Under the pieces are notes generated by a model that did not search any database, was not told the origin of the DNA, and worked only from the letters and a program-made list of their open reading frames with translations. This document shows, piece after piece, positions 30,761-35,583 of a stretch of DNA of 35,583 nt. Origin of the DNA: an uncultured virus (IMG/VR IMGVR_UViG_2061766007_002310) (taxonomy: Duplodnaviria > Heunggongvirae > Uroviricota > Caudoviricetes); IMG/VR virus record IMGVR_UViG_2061766007_002310; one strand, written 5' to 3'. The translations under genes were made by a program, and so were the position numbers. Each line of letters begins with the position of its first letter. Position 1 is the first letter of the stretch.

Positions 30761-32106
30761 GTATTAAAACGGTTATTTAGTTCATTGAACAAGGCTTCCG
30801 CGAGGATGTTAATCGCGGCATTGGTATCCCTATCGATAACCAATCCGCATTCCTCGCAGATGAACTCTCGTTCAGACAATGAAAGTTTTTCTTTCACATG
30901 TCCACACCCGGAACATTTCTTTGAAGACGGGAAGAACCGTCCTACTTTCAAGAGCATCGTTCCGTACTTGGCACTCTTGTATTCTAGGAACCTACGGATC
31001 ATGCCAAATCCGCAGTCCGAAATTGCAGACGCCAACGTGTGGTTGGACACCATGCATTTTACGTTTAAGTCCTCTATAGCGACAACCATATTGTGCTTGA
31101 CAATCTCGGTCGTCGCCTTGTGTATCAAGTCCTTACGGTAGTTCTTGATATATGTATTTTTCTTGTTAAAAGTCTTCTTGATGTCCTTGTAATGTACTGA
31201 ATTATACATTCTTCGAGACATCATTTTCTGATATCGCTTAAGTCTTTTCGCATGCTGGAGGAGAAGTTTGTCATTAGCTACTTGCTCTCCAGTAGACAGC
31301 TGCATCAGAGTCTTGATACCCATATCGATACCGACAAGACCATTTTCAGTAGTACCATATTCTACATTGATGTCATCATACGTATACGAAATGGATATAT
31401 ACCAGCAATCATTGCTTCCCTTAGATACTACGAAATTATTGATTTTTCCATGCAAGCATTCTTGATTGACTGGTTCGGCCAATCTAACTGGCCTAGGTAT
31501 CTTCGGCAACTTGATGTAGTATTCATCACTCAACCTTGCTTTGTCGTTCTCTATATAGAACGAACGCTTGGAATTGTATTTCTTTCTCTTAGGAAAGCCA
31601 AACTGTTTAGGATTTTCATAATGACGCTTCTTAGCGAGAACGAAGTTCTTGATAGCGCGAGCCATCGAGCCCTTCGGGCTCTCGTACATCCAGTCAGTCT
31701 TCTGTGCGTTGAATTCCTTGCACAGTTCTTCACACGTTACCGATGCTTGGCCAGCCTTCTTCTTGTCAAACCATGTGTCCCTAGCCCAATTATATGCATA
31801 TCTAGCACAACCGCACGCACGGTTCAATGCGCTTGCTGTCTTGCTATCAACTATCAACATTATCTTCTGAGCGGTCGTTATCATACATACAAGAAATGTC
31901 CCGGCAACGCCTATTGTGGAATTTAACGCTGCCGAGACATCCAAATCGCTAATGTTTATTAGAACAAGAAATTCCACTAACTTGTGCTAATATATGAAGT
32001 TTATATCTGTCTATTAGTAAAATAGAGTTCTTTTGTTTTATGACTTACATTTTTTTTTTACATTTCAATATATTTATATATGTTTTCGTCGATTAGATAC
32101 TATCTA
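30521..32106 (-). mobile_element. Non-autonomous TnpB element (IS607-like ends, no transposase), inserted in a small gene
   Basis: Minus-strand junctions GTGAAG|TAGATAG... and ...GAGGCAG|AGTCCG; removing it restores the reading frame; AT-rich ends share TAAGTCATA (30562-30570 and 32039-32047); no long terminal IR or target duplication beyond a shared AG. Confidence 0.78.
30568..31884 (-). CDS. tnpB: RNA-guided endonuclease TnpB (438 aa from the likely start)
   Basis: GCARYAYNWA N-terminal motif; GFPKRK; RuvC-I VGIDMG, RuvC-II IEDLNV, Zn finger CSGC...CEEC and RuvC-III DRDTNAAINI all intact. Confidence 0.93.
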   Translation of the reverse strand: MITTAQKIMLIVDSKTASALNRACGCARYAYNWARDTWFDKKKAGQASVTCEELCKEFNAQKTDWMYESPKGSMARAIKNFVLAKKRHYENPKQFGFPKRKKYNSKRSFYIENDKARLSDEYYIKLPKIPRPVRLAEPVNQECLHGKINNFVVSKGSNDCWYISISYTYDDINVEYGTTENGLVGIDMGIKTLMQLSTGEQVANDKLLLQHAKRLKRYQKMMSRRMYNSVHYKDIKKTFNKKNTYIKNYRKDLIHKATTEIVKHNMVVAIEDLNVKCMVSNHTLASAISDCGFGMIRRFLEYKSAKYGTMLLKVGRFFPSSKKCSGCGHVKEKLSLSEREFICEECGLVIDRDTNAAINILAEALFNELNNRFNTDIARRKFTPADLVALASSLSGTGETTEVDAHRLLTRDGRAAMVDDFFNRLWNQVVNATINCYI

Positions 32107-32404
32107 CTTCACGGGTTCATAGCCGTCAAGTTCCTCGAAGTACACCGAGTTGAACCAACCGACCAGTTCAGACACCTTCACGAGAGTATACCAGCTGTCG
32201 ACGTGTACGTCCACCACGTTATATTCAGTGCCGACAGAAAGCATGCTAGGGTTNNNNNNNNNNGGATCGTCCAATAACCAAAATAAGATTCTTCATGTTA
32301 ATCCCAATCTCCGGGTTNNNNNNNNNNNNNNNNNNNNNNNNNNNNNNNNNNNNNNNNNNNNNNNNNNNNNNNNNNNNNNNNNNNNNNNNNNNNNNNNNNN
32401 NNNN

Positions 32405-32664
32405 CCTTCAAGTTCCTCGAAGTACACCGAGTTGAACCAGCCGACCAGTTCAGACACCTTCACGAGAGTGTACCAGCTGTCGACATGTACGTCCACCACG
32501 TTATATTCAGTGCCGACAGAAAGCATGCTAGGGTTTCCGCCGACATTGTAAGGCATCTCGTCATTGCGGACGCACTTGACCTTACGAGGCTGTGCATTCC
32601 AAATATCGAATTCGGTGAGTTTCGGATCGCAGATTTTAATTTCTTCGCTCATGTTTTTCCTCAT
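32405..32664 (-). CDS. Small hypothetical protein targeted by the TnpB element (empty-haplotype copy; inserted allele at 32104-32253 with orphaned tail at 30461-30520)
   Basis: ...RKVKCVRNDE...LSVGTEYNVVDVHVDSWYTLV...WFNSVYFEEL in both copies. Confidence 0.7.
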
Positions 32665-32879
32665 TAACGACGATTCGGGTTTGGGTGGCCCGGTTTGACA
32701 TTGGGCACACCGAGACGGTGAGCCTTCTGGGAGACAGCGGAGACGCTGATATTGAACAGCTTTGCAATCTCAGTATAGGTCAATCCGTCAGCAATGTACT
32801 TCAACAGACGTTTTTNNNNNNNNNNCGAACTCGGTGAGTTTCGGTTCGCAAATGTTAATTTCTTCGTTCATTTTTAACC

Positions 32880-33356
32880 TCATTGACGACGATTCGGGTT
32901 TGGGTGACCCTGTTTTACATTGGGCACACCGAGGCGGTGAGCCTTTTGGGAGACAGCGGAGACGCTGATATTGAACAGCTTTGAGATCTCGGTATAGGTC
33001 AATCCGTCAGCAATGTACTTCAACAGACGTTTTTCCTTGATGGTAGACCAGGTATCTTGCCTAGACGTGTCGAATCCGGCCTTGTGCAAGGCTCTCTGGA
33101 ATGTCTTGGGCGCAACGTGGTACTCAACAGCAAGTCCACGCAGAGTACCCTCGCCGTTGCGATATTTGTCCACCATTTCAGCAAGGACTTCCGGAGTAGC
33201 GTGAAGCTTTGTTGATTCACCGCTGTAACCTAAAATCTTACGGATTACACCGATGTCAATGCGTTGGATTTCCGGGTATGCTGCCAAAGCCTCCTTGGCT
33301 TGTTTAGCAGTGCCACGGAACAACGGTAGAATGGAAATGAATTGTTCTTCAGTCAT
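32880..33356 (-). CDS. Tandem helix-turn-helix DNA-binding protein (C-terminal unit GcrA-N-like)
   Basis: TLRGLAVEYHVAPKTFQRAL and WSTIKEKRLLKYIADGLTYTEISKLFNISVSAVSQKAHRLG; 3' part duplicated at 32661-32815. Confidence 0.7.
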   Translation of the reverse strand: MTEEQFISILPLFRGTAKQAKEALAAYPEIQRIDIGVIRKILGYSGESTKLHATPEVLAEMVDKYRNGEGTLRGLAVEYHVAPKTFQRALHKAGFDTSRQDTWSTIKEKRLLKYIADGLTYTEISKLFNISVSAVSQKAHRLGVPNVKQGHPNPNRRQ

Positions 33357-34667
33357 CTGTGTCCTCGTGATAACCGATGTATGGGTTCTTGTCGGATGCG
33401 CCCTTTTCCGGTCGCATCATAGTCTTGTTTACGATACGCTTGACGTTCTCGATCTTGTCGCCACGGACATAGGAAAGAAGCGCAGCGTTCTGTTCCTCTG
33501 GAAAATGTTCCTTGATGTACAAAGCACGTTCCTTCATGCTGGAACACATCGTCTTGACNNNNNNNNNNNNNNNNNNNNNNNNNNNNNNNNNNNNNNNNNN
33601 NNNNNNNNNNNNNNNNNNNNNNNNNNNNNNNNNNNNNNNNNNNNNNNNNNNNNNNNNNNNNNNNNNNNNNNNNNNNNNNNNNNNNNNNNNNNNNNNNNNN
33701 NNNNNNNNNNNNNNNNNNNNNNNNNNNNNNNNNNNNNNNNNNNNNNNNNNNNNNNNNNNNNNNNNNNNNNNNNNNNNNNNNNNNNNNNNNNNNNNNNNNN
33801 NNNNNNNNNNNNNNNNNNNNNNNNNNNNNNNNNNNNNNNNNNNNNNNNNNNNNNNNNNNNNNNNNNNNNNNNNNNNNNNNNNNNNNNNNNNNNNNNNNNN
33901 NNNNNNNNNNNNNNNNNNNNNNNNNNNNNNNNNNNNNNNNNNNNNNNNNNNNNNNNNNNNNNNNNNNNNNNNNNNNNNNNNNNNNNNNNNNNNNNNNNNN
34001 NNNNNNNNNNNNNNNNNNNNNNNNNNNNNNNNNNNNNNNNNNNNNNNNNNNNNNNNNNNNNNNNNNNNNNNNNNNNNNNNNNNNNNNNNNNNNNNNNNNN
34101 NNNNNNNNNNNNNNNNNNNNNNNNNNNNNNNNNNNNNNNNNNNNNNNNNNNNNNNNNNNNNNNNNNNNNNNNNNNNNNNNNNNNNNNNNNNNNNNNNNNN
34201 NNNNNNNNNNNNNNNNNNNNNNNNNNNNNNNNNNNNNNNNNNNNNNNNNNNNNNNNNNNNNNNNNNNNNNNNNNNNNNNNNNNNNNNNNNNNNNNNNNNN
34301 NNNNNNNNNNNNNNNNNNNNNNNNNNNNNNNNNNNNNNNNNNNNNNNNNNNNNNNNNNNNNNNNNNNNNNNNNNNNNNNNNNNNNNNNNNNNNNNNNNNN
34401 NNNNNNNNNNNNNNNNNNNNNNNNNNNNNNNNNNNNNNNNNNNNNNNNNNNNNNNNNNNNNNNNNNNNNNNNNNNNNNAACTCTGCCAGTAGCCACCTCG
34501 AACACGATGCCACGAGCGTTCAGCGTGACTTCGTCCCAGTCAGCGTGCGCTGCAGTGGCCTCCGTATACTTGAAGCATACCAGACGACCGTCGTCGCTGG
34601 TATCCGACATAAGGCGGCCATCGTTAGCAGCCGCATAGAAAGCGCACATCGGTGGAATTTGAATCAT
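33349..34667 (-). CDS. T4 Rnl1-like RNA ligase (central ~920 nt in gap)
   Basis: N-terminal LVCFKYT...WDEVTLNARGIVFEVATGRV is characteristic of Rnl1-family ligases; the catalytic KxDG motif is not visible because of the gap. Confidence 0.65.
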
Positions 34668-34674
34668 GACTTGA

Positions 34675-34703
34675 AATATAGTATATTTGAATTAAAATCG
34701 CAA
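34675..34703 (-). promoter_or_regulatory. sigma70-like promoter of the RNA ligase, in a divergent promoter region
   Basis: TTGCGA(34703-34698)-N17-TATATT(34680-34675); ATG 7 nt downstream, no SD. Confidence 0.6.
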
Positions 34704-34711
34704 GTTCGACC

Positions 34712-35281
34712 ATGTACAAGTGCTGCTTTCCAGGCTGTAACTACGAGACAGACAACCGATCTCTGATAGAATACCACCATATCCACCTTCGAGAGGCCGG
34801 AAACCGCCTCGGAAAGAAGGTGACTATTCCTCTGTGCCCTAACCATCACGACTTGATCTACCACGAGGAAGCGACCGCCGGACAGCACTCCGAAAAGCAT
34901 CCAGAATCGATGGTCGTCAAGATGGTCACCAACACTAGCCGTGGAAAGTGCGTCATCTTCGAGGACATGCAAGGTAACGAGCATACGGTCGACTTGGAAT
35001 CCTCTCCCAGCAACTCCATACATTTCCTCAGCTGGGACATCATCAACGGACTGTCCGAGGGCGATGCCGACGATATCGACGAGGCAATCGCAAAGCTGGT
35101 CGACGACGACGGGTTCTACGACGATGCGTCCACTATCTATTACGTCGACGGATACGAAAAGGTAGCCAAGACGTTACTGTCAAAGCACATCGAGCACTAT
35201 ATGACAAAAACCAAGTCGGAATTCGACTTGGCTCTTGAAAAGGCTCGTTCTGACTACAAAGCGCTTAGAAGCAAGGCTTAG
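34712..35281 (+). CDS. HNH-like zinc-binding protein with acidic C-terminal domain
   Basis: CCFPGC...IEYHHI...PLCPNHHDLIYH; the usual Asn before the LC motif is absent. Confidence 0.6.
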   Translation: MYKCCFPGCNYETDNRSLIEYHHIHLREAGNRLGKKVTIPLCPNHHDLIYHEEATAGQHSEKHPESMVVKMVTNTSRGKCVIFEDMQGNEHTVDLESSPSNSIHFLSWDIINGLSEGDADDIDEAIAKLVDDDGFYDDASTIYYVDGYEKVAKTLLSKHIEHYMTKTKSEFDLALEKARSDYKALRSKA

Positions 35282-35465
35282 CGTCGGTCGGGCCGTAGTC
35301 GGCACCGAGAATCGGCTGCTTGCGAGGGCAAGCTGATTCGGAAGTCAATCCACGAGTACCGGGAATGGTGTCCAGCACGCCATCAATGTAGTCCACAGGG
35401 GACTGGCCGTTGACGCTCATGCCACGCACCTTCGTGAGAATGTTGCAAACCTTTGTATCGTCCAT
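35265..35465 (-). CDS. Small hypothetical protein
   Basis: AAGGA SD; GATAAACT at 35504-35497. Confidence 0.55.
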   Translation of the reverse strand: MDDTKVCNILTKVRGMSVNGQSPVDYIDGVLDTIPGTRGLTSESACPRKQPILGADYGPTDAKPCF

Positions 35466-35583
35466 ATATCAATCCTTTTATTTTGGTGATATACGGAGTT
35501 TATCAGATCTGATACTCCTTCGAAGCGGACTTTCTATTCTTTCCGATGAACTTGATCGCATACAGCAAGTCACGCACGCCGTA

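Noticed and set aside
30521..32106. IStron (group I intron plus TnpB) that would splice out and restore the gene
   Set aside because: The element does end in CAG, but only about 220 largely AT-rich nt precede tnpB, no group I core is recognisable, and the upstream exon ends in G rather than U.
1160..33040. Numerous 40-450 bp near-identical direct repeats on either side of 10-N gaps (e.g. at 1226, 1703, 3498, 7016, 8681, 12832, 18203, 20812, 23318, 30033, 32816)
   Set aside because: Each abuts a scaffold gap and differs mostly by synonymous substitutions, so these are uncollapsed haplotype overlaps rather than biological tandem repeats or arrays.
1..35583. Stop-codon reassignment, tRNA genes or a CRISPR array
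   Set aside because: Recognisable genes are intact under the standard code, with TAG, TGA and TAA all used as stops; I saw no cloverleaf or regularly spaced repeat-spacer pattern. Gapped regions cannot be assessed.

Overview
Heavily gapped scaffold that reads as part of a large (jumbo-type, T4-like in regulation) bacteriophage genome, assembled from several co-existing haplotypes. Most 10-N gaps are flanked by near-identical duplicated sequence, and two contigs (4256-5008 and about 15030-16637) are evidently placed in the wrong orientation. The recognisable genes are a ~1,600-aa secreted Calx-beta/cadherin-repeat adhesin of Fibrobacter type (my basis for tentatively inferring a Fibrobacter host), a CpdA-like metallophosphoesterase, a bacterial-type PARG (DUF2263), a GT-A glycosyltransferase, a PQ-loop membrane protein, dUTPase, a free-standing homing-type endonuclease, a patatin phospholipase, a Nudix hydrolase, ClpP, guanylate kinase, a tandem-HTH protein, a T4 Rnl1-like RNA ligase and an HNH-like protein. 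Two promoter classes recur: sigma70-like (-35/N17/TATATT) and a putative late motif (G/T)ATAAACT. The most interesting structure is a 1,586-bp transposase-less TnpB element. Both junctions can be read at base resolution and an apparently empty allele is co-assembled beside it. It carries its own copy of the putative late promoter followed by a predicted pseudoknotted leader RNA. Also notable are an endonuclease that appears to have brought in its own 3' half of the patatin gene, and the host-type adhesin behind the putative late promoter. All family calls rest on motif recognition by eye; no database searches were run.
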